A DNA stretch of 64,000 nt, from NCBI GenBank assembly GCA_947599965.1, contig CANQFP010000002.1:3958-67957 (forward strand), given 5' to 3'. This document shows, in pieces, positions 44,304 through 53,459 of this stretch. Position 1 is the stretch's first letter. Each line of letters starts with the position of its first letter. The notes below the pieces were generated by a model. It saw only the letters and a program-made list of their open reading frames with translations, did not search any database and was not told the origin of the DNA. Position numbers and translations under genes: made by a program. Origin of the DNA: an uncultured Atopobiaceae bacterium. GTDB taxonomy: Bacteria; Actinomycetota; Coriobacteriia; Coriobacteriales; Atopobiaceae.

Positions 44304-46736
44304 ATGGCGCTTCGCTTCGAGTTCGAGGACCGCGGCTTCGGCCGGGTCTACGTGGCCCTCGAAGCCGAGTTGGAGGAGGGTGCCGAGCTCTTGGCCGTGG
44401 CGGCTGCGCCCACGGGCGCTCCCGTGCCCGTCTCCGTCTTCAAGGCGCCCAAGCCGGGCGTGTTCGTGCTCTCCTGCCCCCTCATGGACCTCGACTATCG
44501 CGTGGAGCTGCGCGTCCACGGCGCCGAGGGGCACGGGTTCGAGGGACCGTCCTACATCGTGAGCCGGGAGGGGCCCGCGCTCGAGCCGCCCGCCTCGCAG
44601 CTCATCGCCACCGGCCTTGCGGACATCCGCTACGTCGACCTTCGCCCCACGCCCGACGCCGTCTGGCTCGAACCCACGCAGATGATCGACTTCGAGGATG
44701 GCACCGACGTCGTCCACGCGGACGTCGTGGCGCTCTTTCCCGAGGGTGAGCGGCCGGGCGATCCCGAGCTCTACCTGCTCGACCTCGCCGGCCGGCCAAT
44801 CGAGGTGGCGCCCGCGATCGTCCTTTCGAGCGAGCTCGAGGAGGCCCCCGGGCTGGGCGTCATCGCCCGCTGCCAGATCTCCTTCCGCATCCCCCGCGAG
44901 CTCGAGACCTACCTCGCCCGGGTGATGTGGGGCGAGCGCGAGGGCTTCACCGTCGTGGAACCCTGGCTCTCGGCGAAGCTTCGCCGCGAGTGGTGGGAGA
45001 TCGCCCGCCAAGACAGCAACGCGGCGGATTTCCACGCCTGGTTCCTCGCGCACGGACGGGCGAGCGATCGCGAGCTCCGCGTGCAGTCGCGCACGCCGCT
45101 CGCGGGGCCGCTCTTCTCCGTCATCACGCCCGTCTTCGAAACGCCGCTTCCCTTCCTCGAGGAGGCCGTCGATTCCGTCCTCGGGCAGACCTACTCCCGC
45201 TTCGAGCTCATCCTCGTGAACGCCTCGCCGGAAAACGCCGAGCTCAGCGGCTATCTCGAGCAACGCTCCGCCGAGGACGATCGCATTCGCGTGCTCACGC
45301 TCGAGGGCAATCGCGGCATCGCGCTCAACACCCGCGCCGGCCTCGACATCGCGCACGGCGATTACGTGGCCTTCTTCGACCACGACGACGTGCTCGAGCC
45401 GAACGCGCTCTACGAATACGCGAAAGTCGTGGTCGGGCATCCCGACGTCGCGCTCCTCTACTGCGACGAGGACTACCTCATCGATGGTCGCTTCTGCTCG
45501 GGCTACTTCAAGCCCGATTTCGACCTCGACCTGCTCTTCAACCAGAACTACGTGACGCATTTGCTCTGCGTTTCCAGGAAGGCGATCGACGCCGTCGCGG
45601 CGGGGCCGGGGCTGCCCGGGCCCGAGGTGGATGGCGCGCAGGACTACGCGCTCACGCTGCTCGTGGCCCTCTCAGGCGCTCGCGTGTGGCACGTGCGGAA
45701 GTTCCTCTACCACTGGCGCTCCCACGCGGCCTCCTCGGCCACCAACGACGCGGCGAAGACCTGGACCGACGACGCGGGGCGCCGCGCCCTCGAGATCGCC
45801 CTTCACCACGCGGGGATCGAAGCCGAGGTGAGGCCCGGCCTGCGCCAGAACTTCTACGACGTGGCCTATGAGCTCTCGGGCGATGAGCGGGTCTCGGTGA
45901 TCGTGAGCAGGCGCTCGGCGGATGATCGCGTGCTCGCCTGCGTGCGCTCGCTCCTCGAGACGCCGGACCATCCGAACCCGGAGATCGTCGTCGTCAACCC
46001 CTTCGAGCCCCTCGGCGAGGTCTTGGGCGCCCTCGGCTCCGTGCGCGAGGTGGCCGTGGAGCGAGCGTGCGGCATCGCTCGCGAGCGCAATGCCGGAGCC
46101 CGCGCGACCACGGGCGATTACCTGCTCTTCCTCGACGACGCGTGCGCGGTGCGCTCCGCCGACCTCATCCGAAGCCTGCTCGGGCCGCTCGTGCGAAGCG
46201 AGGTGGCGGTCTCGGGTGCCGCGCTCTACTACCCGGACGATCTCGTGCGCTCCCTCGGCCTCTGCGCGCCCTTGAGCTTGCCGCGCTTCGTGAACCACCT
46301 CGTGCCCATCCACCACTTCCAGCAGGACTACTACGCCGTCATGCCGCGCCTTCGCCGGGGCGTGATCGGCGTCTCGGGCTCGGCGATGCTCGTCAGGCGA
46401 AGCGCGTTCGACGAGGTGGGCGGCTTCGACGAGGGCTTTGCGACGGGCTACGACGACGCCGACCTCTGCCTCCGCCTTCGCGAGGCGGGCCGGCTTTCCG
46501 TGGAGGTGCCCGCCGCGGAGCTCACCTTCTTCGGCGAGGCGCGAAACGGCCGCCTCATGCCGTTTGCCTATTGGGGCCAGGCGCCCTCGCCGAGAGATCC
46601 CGAGCTCTGCGTCGCCATCAAGGGCGACGAGGGCCGCTTCCGGCATCGCTGGGGCGTCCTCTACAGCGAGGGTGATCCGTATTACAGCCCGAACCTCGCG
46701 CGCGAGCACTGCCACTACCAGATGAGCGCGCGATGA
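44304..46736 (+). CDS. Giant glycosyltransferase P1: unassigned N-terminal domain of about 268 aa plus two GT2 modules
   Basis: ATG 44304 begins MALRFEFEDRGFGRVYVAL. GT2 module 1 is FSVITPVFETP...LILVNASPEN...GDYVAFFDHDDVLEP...YCDED. Module 2 is VSVIVSRRS...ARERNAGARATTGDYLLFLDDAC. The ORF-track extension back to 43635 overlaps the GT4 gene and is rejected. Confidence 0.85.
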   Translation: MALRFEFEDRGFGRVYVALEAELEEGAELLAVAAAPTGAPVPVSVFKAPKPGVFVLSCPLMDLDYRVELRVHGAEGHGFEGPSYIVSREGPALEPPASQLIATGLADIRYVDLRPTPDAVWLEPTQMIDFEDGTDVVHADVVALFPEGERPGDPELYLLDLAGRPIEVAPAIVLSSELEEAPGLGVIARCQISFRIPRELETYLARVMWGEREGFTVVEPWLSAKLRREWWEIARQDSNAADFHAWFLAHGRASDRELRVQSRTPLAGPLFSVITPVFETPLPFLEEAVDSVLGQTYSRFELILVNASPENAELSGYLEQRSAEDDRIRVLTLEGNRGIALNTRAGLDIAHGDYVAFFDHDDVLEPNALYEYAKVVVGHPDVALLYCDEDYLIDGRFCSGYFKPDFDLDLLFNQNYVTHLLCVSRKAIDAVAAGPGLPGPEVDGAQDYALTLLVALSGARVWHVRKFLYHWRSHAASSATNDAAKTWTDDAGRRALEIALHHAGIEAEVRPGLRQNFYDVAYELSGDERVSVIVSRRSADDRVLACVRSLLETPDHPNPEIVVVNPFEPLGEVLGALGSVREVAVERACGIARERNAGARATTGDYLLFLDDACAVRSADLIRSLLGPLVRSEVAVSGAALYYPDDLVRSLGLCAPLSLPRFVNHLVPIHHFQQDYYAVMPRLRRGVIGVSGSAMLVRRSAFDEVGGFDEGFATGYDDADLCLRLREAGRLSVEVPAAELTFFGEARNGRLMPFAYWGQAPSPRDPELCVAIKGDEGRFRHRWGVLYSEGDPYYSPNLAREHCHYQMSAR

Positions 46737-46750
46737 GGGGAGGCGAGTCC

Positions 46751-49264
46751 GTGAACGAGACCATCGACATCGTCCTCGGGCGGCTCGGCACGAGAAACGG
46801 CAAGACCTACCTGCCGCTCCTCGCCGATCTCGATCCCTCGTGGGAGTTGAGCGCGTCCGCGCGCACGACGGGCGGCCACCCCGTGCCCGCGAAGGTGGTC
46901 GTGCCCTGGGGGTTCCCCCATCCCGTCCTCGTCGTGCCGGCCCTGCTCGCCACCATCCGCGTGAGCCTCGTGGTTCGCGACGCCTCGGGTGCGAAGGTGG
47001 CGGATCGCGCCGTCTTCGTGCGACCGAGCACGGCCTTCTTCCAAAGCACGGCCAACTGGCAGAACCACCCCTCCGAGCTCGAGCGCTACGTGGGCCTCGA
47101 CGATGCGCCCGTGGACGGAGCCACGTTCGTGGACCTCGAGCGCCTCTACACCGACGCCCGGGGCACGGAGCTCATCCACGGCACCGTCGAGCTCATCGCC
47201 TCCGACGAGGCGAGCCTCGCCCAGCCGCTCCGCACGCGCCTCCTCGACGTCTTCGGGCGTCGCGTGGAGGCGCCCGCCATGGTCGTGATGCGCGACGCCA
47301 CCTCGCGGCTCGAAGACGGCAGCTGGCTTCGCACCATCCGCTATTCCCAGCAGATCCCCGCGCATCTGCGCTCCTTCACCTACTGGGTGCGCCCGGGTTC
47401 CCACCTCGTGGCGGACGGCTTCGTCACCGTCGACGCGCCGACGCTCGCCGGGCTCAGGGCAAACGACGACGGCCTCAGAGCCGGGCGGCCGGATGGCATC
47501 GGCTACCACGACTGGTATGTGCACAACGCGAACAAGACCCCCCTCGAGCGCGCCGCGCGCAAGGCGAGGGCCGAGCTCGCGGGCGAGCCGCCGAGCGTCT
47601 CGCTCCTCATCGACCTCGCGCCCTTCGACCCCGTCGGCCTCGAGGAGACCCTCGCCTCCCTGAGCGCACAACTCCACGAGCGCTGGGAGCTCGTGGGCTT
47701 CGGCAACGTCGCCCCCGCCGGCGGTTCGCGCTGGCGGGGGAGGGGCTGGCCCGAGGCGGGCGACGAGAGCCCGGCCTCCGCGCCGAAGCCGCTCGCGATG
47801 AGCGCCGCCGACGCGCTTCGACGCTCATCGGGCGAGCTCGTCGGCCTCATCGACGTCGGAGACACCCTGGAGCCCGAGGCGCTGCTCGAGCTCGCCCAGG
47901 CGCTCCGCGAGCACGACGGGGCGGCCTTCGCCTACGCCGACCAGGATTTCCGCGCCGAAGGCGACGCGGGACGTTCCTGGCAGCTCCAGGGCACCCTCAA
48001 GACCGCCTTCGATCGCGATCTCCTCTACAGCCTGAGCGCCACGGGGCGCCCGGCGCTCGTCAAACGCGAGCTGCTCGATCCGGCGGCCCTGGCCGCGCGT
48101 GGCGCCACGGGGCGCGCCCTCGATCTCGAGCTCGCCCTCGCGGGCCTCGAGGCGGGCGTGGAGCCGGTTCACGTGCCCGAGATCCTCTACCACAAGCTCG
48201 CCGCGAGCGATTTCTCGGAAGCCTGGGTGGGCTTCGCCACGGCTCCGCCGAAGGAGAGCGAGGAGGAGCGGCTCTCGGAGGAGGTGCTCGAGGCCCACTT
48301 CGAGCGCATCGGCCTCGCGGCAAGCGTCGAGCCGCATCCCGAGGCTCCGAGCGGGCGCGTCGTCTCCTATGCGTCGGCGAAGCGTGGCGCGGAGGGCGAC
48401 GGCGAGCGGCCGCTCGTCTCCATCGTCATTCCCTCGAAGGATTCGGCTCCCGTCCTCGGGCGCTGCCTCGATTCCATCCGCGAGCTCAGCACCTGGGAGC
48501 CCTACGAGATCGTCATCGTCGAGAACAACTCCACCGAGCCCGCGACCTTCGCCTACTACGAGGAGCTCGAGGCCGATCCGCGCGTCTCGGTCGTGCGCTA
48601 CGAGGGCCCGTTCAACTTCTCCGCCATCTGCAACCTCGGCGCTCGCGCGGCGAAGGGCTCGATCCTCGTCTTCTTGAACAACGACACCGAGGTCATCGAG
48701 CCGAGATGGCTGGAGCTTCTCGCGGGGCCGCTTTCGAGGGAGGACGTGGGAGCCACGGGCGCGCGCCTGCTCTACCCCGATACGCTCCTCCAGCACGGGG
48801 GCGTGCTCCTCCAAGCCGACGGCCCCGCCCACGTGGAATACCTCGTCTCGCCGAACTACGACGCCTATCTCGGGCTTTCGCGCTTCCACACCCACCAGTT
48901 GAGCACCGTGACCGGGGCCTGCCTCGCCGTCGGGCGCGCCACGTTCGACGCGGTGGGCGGCTTCGACGAGAACCTGCCCATCGCCTACAACGACATCGAC
49001 TTCTGCCTCAAGATCCGCGAACGGGGCCTCGCCGTGGTGATGGAGCCGAAGGCCGTGCTCTGGCACTACGAATCGCTCAGCCGCGGCCTCGACCACGAGG
49101 ACCTCTCCAAGGTCACGCGCCTCAACTGCGAGATAGGATTGATGGCGGAGCGGTGGCCGGAGGTCTTCGCCCTCGGAGACCCCTTCCTCGACCATCGTTT
49201 CGCCTACCACAACTTCTACTACGTCTTGGGGTGGCATCCGTCACTCTCGACGGTGGAGGATTAG
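46751..49264 (+). CDS. Giant glycosyltransferase P2: paralogous N-terminal domain, a degenerate GT2-like module and an intact GT2 module
   Basis: GTG 46751 (VNETIDIVLGRLG...) follows GGGGAGG and aligns with the P1 and P3 starts. ATG 46733, overlapping the P1 stop, is an alternative. Module 2 is LVSIVIPSKD...IVIVENNSTEP...GSILVFLNNDTEV. Confidence 0.8.
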   Translation: MNETIDIVLGRLGTRNGKTYLPLLADLDPSWELSASARTTGGHPVPAKVVVPWGFPHPVLVVPALLATIRVSLVVRDASGAKVADRAVFVRPSTAFFQSTANWQNHPSELERYVGLDDAPVDGATFVDLERLYTDARGTELIHGTVELIASDEASLAQPLRTRLLDVFGRRVEAPAMVVMRDATSRLEDGSWLRTIRYSQQIPAHLRSFTYWVRPGSHLVADGFVTVDAPTLAGLRANDDGLRAGRPDGIGYHDWYVHNANKTPLERAARKARAELAGEPPSVSLLIDLAPFDPVGLEETLASLSAQLHERWELVGFGNVAPAGGSRWRGRGWPEAGDESPASAPKPLAMSAADALRRSSGELVGLIDVGDTLEPEALLELAQALREHDGAAFAYADQDFRAEGDAGRSWQLQGTLKTAFDRDLLYSLSATGRPALVKRELLDPAALAARGATGRALDLELALAGLEAGVEPVHVPEILYHKLAASDFSEAWVGFATAPPKESEEERLSEEVLEAHFERIGLAASVEPHPEAPSGRVVSYASAKRGAEGDGERPLVSIVIPSKDSAPVLGRCLDSIRELSTWEPYEIVIVENNSTEPATFAYYEELEADPRVSVVRYEGPFNFSAICNLGARAAKGSILVFLNNDTEVIEPRWLELLAGPLSREDVGATGARLLYPDTLLQHGGVLLQADGPAHVEYLVSPNYDAYLGLSRFHTHQLSTVTGACLAVGRATFDAVGGFDENLPIAYNDIDFCLKIRERGLAVVMEPKAVLWHYESLSRGLDHEDLSKVTRLNCEIGLMAERWPEVFALGDPFLDHRFAYHNFYYVLGWHPSLSTVED

Positions 49265-49325
49265 CCCGGCCTCGCGCGTGTGCTCGGTGCCCGGGATGCG
49301 CATCGGCTCCTCGAAGGAGGTCCCC

Positions 49326-51689
49326 ATGGCCATTCGCTTCGGACAGTCCCAGCGGGGCGGCGGCAAGATCTACGTCTCGCTCACGTGCGAGGTCCCCAAG
49401 GGCGGCTCCATGCACGCGCGCTCCACCGGCGGAGGCGGCCAGGAGCTGCCCGCGCAGGTGGTGGCCACGCCGAAGCGGGGCGCCTACGTGCTCGTCGTGC
49501 CCCAGCTTCGCCAGGAGCAGGTGGTGAGCGTCTTTTGCCAGGACGTCTTCGGGACGGTCCTCGAGGCGCAGACGTACCGCGTGGATGCTCGCGTGAGCTC
49601 GCTTTCCACGTGGCAGGGCGCGCGGCGGCAGATCGGCCTCGAAGACGCGCGCAACTGCGATCGCATTCCCTGCGTCGACACCGCGTGGGTGGACGTCGAG
49701 CGGCTCTTCGGCACGGCCGACGGCATCGACGTCATCCACGGCACCGTGGAGGCCTACGTGCCCAAGGGCTGCCCGCTCGGCACGGTGGACATCTCGGTGT
49801 TGGACGGCCTCGGCCAGCCGGCGCTCGAAGAGCCCTTCATCGTCCTCGACACCGAGCACGAGCCCACCTCCGACGGCGCCTCCCTCTGGCGCATCCAGTA
49901 TTCGGCGAAGGTGCCCCGCGCCCTCGGACACTTCATCGTCTGGGCCCAGTTCTCCGAGCGCCAGGTGCGCGACGGCTTCTGCTGCGTGGAGCCCGGTCGG
50001 GCGCTGGCGCTTCGCGACGAGTGGTCGCGCACCGTCTACTCCTCGGGCACGAGCCCCGCCTACCACGAGTGGTTCCTCGGGCACGGCCGCGCGAGCGACC
50101 GCACCCTCGCCATCCAGCGGGGCACGGAGCTGCCCATCCGACCCGTCTTCTCCATCGTCGTGCCGCTCTTCCACACGAAGCCCGATGTCTTCGAGGAGAT
50201 GGCGGACTCGGTCTTCGCCCAGACCTATCCCCGCTGGGAGCTCATCTTCGTGAACGCGACGCCCGAGGACGAGCGGCTGGCGAAGGCCGTTGCCGAGCGC
50301 GCCGCCGATCCTCGCGTGAAGGTCGTGAACCTCGAGGAGAACGGCGGAATCGCGGAGAACACGAACACCGGAATCCGCGAGGCGACGGGCGAGTTCGTCG
50401 GGCTCCTCGACCACGACGACCTGCTCACCCCCGATTGCCTCTTCCGCTACGCCCAGGGCCTCGCGCAGCGCCCCGAGACCGACCTCTTCTACTGCGACGA
50501 GGACATGTTCAGCGGCGGCCGCTACTCCCAGGGCTTCTTCAAGCCGGACTACGACCACGAGTACCTCATGGCGAGGGACTACATCCGCCACTTCCTCTGC
50601 GTGCGCCGCGATCTCCTGGCGGAGATGGACGCGGCGGGCGAGCTGCCCGGAGCCGAGATGGACGCCGCCTACGGCCACGCGCTTTGCCTGAAGGTCACCG
50701 AGCGGGCCCGCAACGTCTTCCACGTGCGCTCGGTGCTCTACCACACGCGCCTGCACGGGCGCGATGAGGTCTCCACGCGGCCGCCGCGCTCGGAATGGGA
50801 GGTGGCCGAGCTCGCCTGCGTGCGCGAGCACGTGGAGCGCGAGGGGCTGCCCGCGACGGTGGAGCGCCTCGGCGAGGTGGGCGCGAACCTCGTGCGCTAC
50901 CACGCCGACCCCGAGCGCACGGTCTCGCTCATCGTCGCCCACGAGGCCGCCCCCGATAGGCTCGCCGCCTGCCTCCAGGTGCTCGAGGCCACGACCGGCC
51001 CGAACGTGGAGATCCTCCCGCTGGACGTGGCCGGTCGCGGCTGGAGCGAGGCGCGAAACGCCGCCGCGCGCGAGACCTCGGGCGAGATCCTCGTCTTCTT
51101 CGACGCCCTCTGCACGCCGCTTGACGGCGATTGGCTGGTGAACCTCCTCGGGCCGCTCGAGCGCGAGGGCGTGGCCGCGACCGGCGCCAAGATCCTCTAC
51201 GCCGACGGCCTCATCCACCACTCGGGCATCTGCATCCCCAAGAGCGCTCCCCGCTTCACGAGCCACCTCTTCCCCGACACGCTTCCCGGCGTCTACGGCC
51301 TCATCCACCTGCCCCACGGCGTCTCGGCCGTCACCGGTGCCTGCCTCGCGGTGAAGCGCGCGGACTTCGAGCTCGTGGGCGGGTTCGACGAGGCGTTCAC
51401 CCTCGGCCTCGCCGACGTGGACTTCTGCCTGAAGCTCAGGGAGGAGCAGCGCGACATCGTGATGGCGCCCCAGGCGCGCCTGCGCATCGAGACGGCCGCG
51501 CGCCACGGCCGCGTCATGCCCCACGCGCGCTACGGGCGCCCCGACGCGCCGGAGGACCCGAAGGTCTGCGAGCGGCTGCGCCTCGAGGAGGGCATCTTCA
51601 TGGGTCGCTGGACCGACTACCTCTCCAAGGGCGACCGCTTCTACAACCCGAACTTCCTGCCGGCCCACTGCCACTATCAGATCGTCTAG
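49326..51689 (+). CDS. Giant glycosyltransferase P3: paralogous N-terminal domain plus two GT2 modules
   Basis: ATG 49326 (MAIRFGQSQRGGGKIYVSL) follows GAAGGAGG. Module 1 is FSIVVPLFHTKPD...LIFVNATPED...GEFVGLLDHDDLL...YCDED. Module 2 is VSLIVAHEAAPD...GEILVFFDALCTP. Confidence 0.85.
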   Translation: MAIRFGQSQRGGGKIYVSLTCEVPKGGSMHARSTGGGGQELPAQVVATPKRGAYVLVVPQLRQEQVVSVFCQDVFGTVLEAQTYRVDARVSSLSTWQGARRQIGLEDARNCDRIPCVDTAWVDVERLFGTADGIDVIHGTVEAYVPKGCPLGTVDISVLDGLGQPALEEPFIVLDTEHEPTSDGASLWRIQYSAKVPRALGHFIVWAQFSERQVRDGFCCVEPGRALALRDEWSRTVYSSGTSPAYHEWFLGHGRASDRTLAIQRGTELPIRPVFSIVVPLFHTKPDVFEEMADSVFAQTYPRWELIFVNATPEDERLAKAVAERAADPRVKVVNLEENGGIAENTNTGIREATGEFVGLLDHDDLLTPDCLFRYAQGLAQRPETDLFYCDEDMFSGGRYSQGFFKPDYDHEYLMARDYIRHFLCVRRDLLAEMDAAGELPGAEMDAAYGHALCLKVTERARNVFHVRSVLYHTRLHGRDEVSTRPPRSEWEVAELACVREHVEREGLPATVERLGEVGANLVRYHADPERTVSLIVAHEAAPDRLAACLQVLEATTGPNVEILPLDVAGRGWSEARNAAARETSGEILVFFDALCTPLDGDWLVNLLGPLEREGVAATGAKILYADGLIHHSGICIPKSAPRFTSHLFPDTLPGVYGLIHLPHGVSAVTGACLAVKRADFELVGGFDEAFTLGLADVDFCLKLREEQRDIVMAPQARLRIETAARHGRVMPHARYGRPDAPEDPKVCERLRLEEGIFMGRWTDYLSKGDRFYNPNFLPAHCHYQIV

Positions 51690-51697
51690 GAGCCGCC

Positions 51698-52117
51698 ATG
51701 TGGGGCCTCATCGTCGAAGGGCACTTCGATTCGTCGCACTTCCTTGCCGATTACCACGGGAAATGCGAGAACCTGCACGGCCACCGCTGGCGCGTGGAGG
51801 CGACGCTCACGGTGGGGGAGCTCGGCGCCGAGGGCACCGAGCGGGCCATGGTGATGGACTTCTCCCGAGCGAAGCGGCTCGTGGCCGAGGCCTGCGCCGA
51901 GCTCGACCATCGGCTCCTCGTGGAGGAGGGCACGCTCAAACCCGCGACGCTCGAGGCGCTTGCCGGCGAGGGATTCTCCGTGCTCGAGCTGCCCTTCCGC
52001 ACGACGGCGGAGAACCTCGCCAAGCATCTCTTCGACGAGCTCGCGGCACGGGGCCTCCCGATCTCACGTGTCGAGGTGGACGAGACTCCGCACAATCGAG
52101 CGTTCTATCAAGCTTGA
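51698..52117 (+). CDS. queD: 6-carboxy-5,6,7,8-tetrahydropterin synthase (QueD / PTPS family)
   Basis: The sequence is GHFDSSHFLADYHGKCENLHGHRWRVE (CxxxHGH signature) followed by LDHRLL, and the size is 139 aa. ATG 51698 lies 8 nt after the P3 stop and is preceded by AGGAG. Confidence 0.85.
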   Translation: MWGLIVEGHFDSSHFLADYHGKCENLHGHRWRVEATLTVGELGAEGTERAMVMDFSRAKRLVAEACAELDHRLLVEEGTLKPATLEALAGEGFSVLELPFRTTAENLAKHLFDELAARGLPISRVEVDETPHNRAFYQA

Positions 52118-52121
52118 TGCT

Positions 52122-52231
52122 GCGGCGTCCCGGATGCACCCGATCTGCGCGCGATTTTGCGGCCTCGAGTAGCGAAGTACGCTACGGCCGCAAAATCCCC
52201 CGCATCTCGGGCACCCCGAAACGCCTCGCTG
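52122..52231. repeat. Intergenic structured repeat element, copy 2
   Basis: It has the same architecture as 29046-29156. The hairpin at 52153-52197 is GATTTTGCGGCC-TCGA-GTAGCG-AAGT-CGCTAC-GGCCGCAAAATC. The flanks are GGCGTCCCGGATGCACC and GGCACCCCGAAACGCCTCGCTG. Confidence 0.8.
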
Positions 52232-52259
52232 ACGCTTGGCCGAACCTGTGGCCCCTCCA

Positions 52260-52592
52260 TCACTCGTCTTCCTCATCCAGCGCGATCTTGCTCGAGAGCT
52301 CCTCGAGCTTGGCCGTGAGGCGCGATATCTTCGAGCTCGACTGCAGGTCGATGAGGATGAGGATGCCGATGATCACCGCGAAGACGAGGTTCGACGGCGA
52401 CTGCACGCCGACGAGGGAGGCCAGCCAGTAGGCCACCTGCGGGAAGATGGCGAAGAAGAGGATGACGAGGGAAAACGCCACCCAGAAGGCCGAATCCGCC
52501 ACGCGGATCCGCTCGCGACGCACCTGCACGCAGACGATGGCGAAGAGCACGAGGGCGCCGATGATGAGCCAGATGCGCAGGGGGCCCGACAT
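52260..52592 (-). CDS. Small membrane protein, DUF2304-like
   Basis: The 110-aa protein has 3-4 TM helices and a C-terminal amphipathic, acidic tail. It lies directly downstream of a GtrB-like GT2, which is the usual DUF2304 context. Confidence 0.6.
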   Translation of the reverse strand: MSGPLRIWLIIGALVLFAIVCVQVRRERIRVADSAFWVAFSLVILFFAIFPQVAYWLASLVGVQSPSNLVFAVIIGILILIDLQSSSKISRLTAKLEELSSKIALDEEDE

Positions 52593-52634
52593 GCTCTCCG
52601 TCGCTCCTTCCGAGCTCGCGCGCCGAGGCGAGCC

Positions 52635-53324
52635 CTATCGCCGAATCCACTGGAACACGAGGATATTCAAGCACGTCCGCACCATGTAGGCGGCCGATGA
52701 GAGCCCCGAGAGATACGAGCGCCCGCCTTGGCGTGGCGCCATCTCGCAGGGGATCTCCACGACCTTCGCCCCCTTGCGGATGAGCCATGCGAGCGCATCG
52801 GGCTCGGGGCCCACGTCGAAGCCGTCGGCGAAGGCGTCGAAGAGCCGCGCGCTGAAGAGCCGGTAGCCGCTCGTGGGGTCGGTGATGCGCGCACCCGTCG
52901 TGAGGCGGATGAGCGCGGAGATGAGGGCGGAGCCGAAGGCGCGGGCGCCTTCGAGCCCTTGGGGGTGCGGGCCGATCCGCCTGCTCGCGATGACCACGTC
53001 GGCGTCGGTCTTCTCCATGGCCGCCACCATGGCCGGCAGGTAGCGGGCTCGGTGCTGGCCGTCGGCGTCGAACTGGCAGACGGCGTCCGCGCCGAGCGTG
53101 CGCGCGTAGCGGACCCCCGTGGCGAAGGCGCAGGCGAGCCCGCAGTTCACCGGCAGGGAGAGGCAGTGGTAGCCGGCCTTCTCGCAGAGCTCGGCGGTGG
53201 CGTCGGCCGAACCGTCGTTCACGACGCATATCTCGAGGTCGGGGCAGGTGGCGGAGAGTTCGGCCAGCGTGGCGAGGATCACGTCCTCCTCGTTGTAGGC
53301 GGGGACCACGGCGAGTGCGCGCAA
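52635..53324 (-). CDS. GT2 polyprenyl-phosphate glycosyltransferase-like (GtrB/DPM1-type)
   Basis: It contains LAVVPAYNEEDVI, VVNDGSADAT, QFDADGQHRARYL and TDPTSGYRLF. A TTG start at 53324 was chosen (MRALAVVPAYNEE). The remaining 620 aa of ORF 52635..55193 are antisense to rmlC and P4 and are rejected. Confidence 0.8.
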   Translation of the reverse strand: MRALAVVPAYNEEDVILATLAELSATCPDLEICVVNDGSADATAELCEKAGYHCLSLPVNCGLACAFATGVRYARTLGADAVCQFDADGQHRARYLPAMVAAMEKTDADVVIASRRIGPHPQGLEGARAFGSALISALIRLTTGARITDPTSGYRLFSARLFDAFADGFDVGPEPDALAWLIRKGAKVVEIPCEMAPRQGGRSYLSGLSSAAYMVRTCLNILVFQWIRR

Positions 53325-53459
53325 CGCCTCATCACCGCCTTCCGCTCGAAGACCACCACGCCTTCGATTGTGCCACGCCCGCGCGATCGCCCGGTGGGCG
53401 CGTCGAGCTCCGCTACCATGGGGGAGAACGCCGAGCATGCGGCTGGGAGGAGCCTCGCC

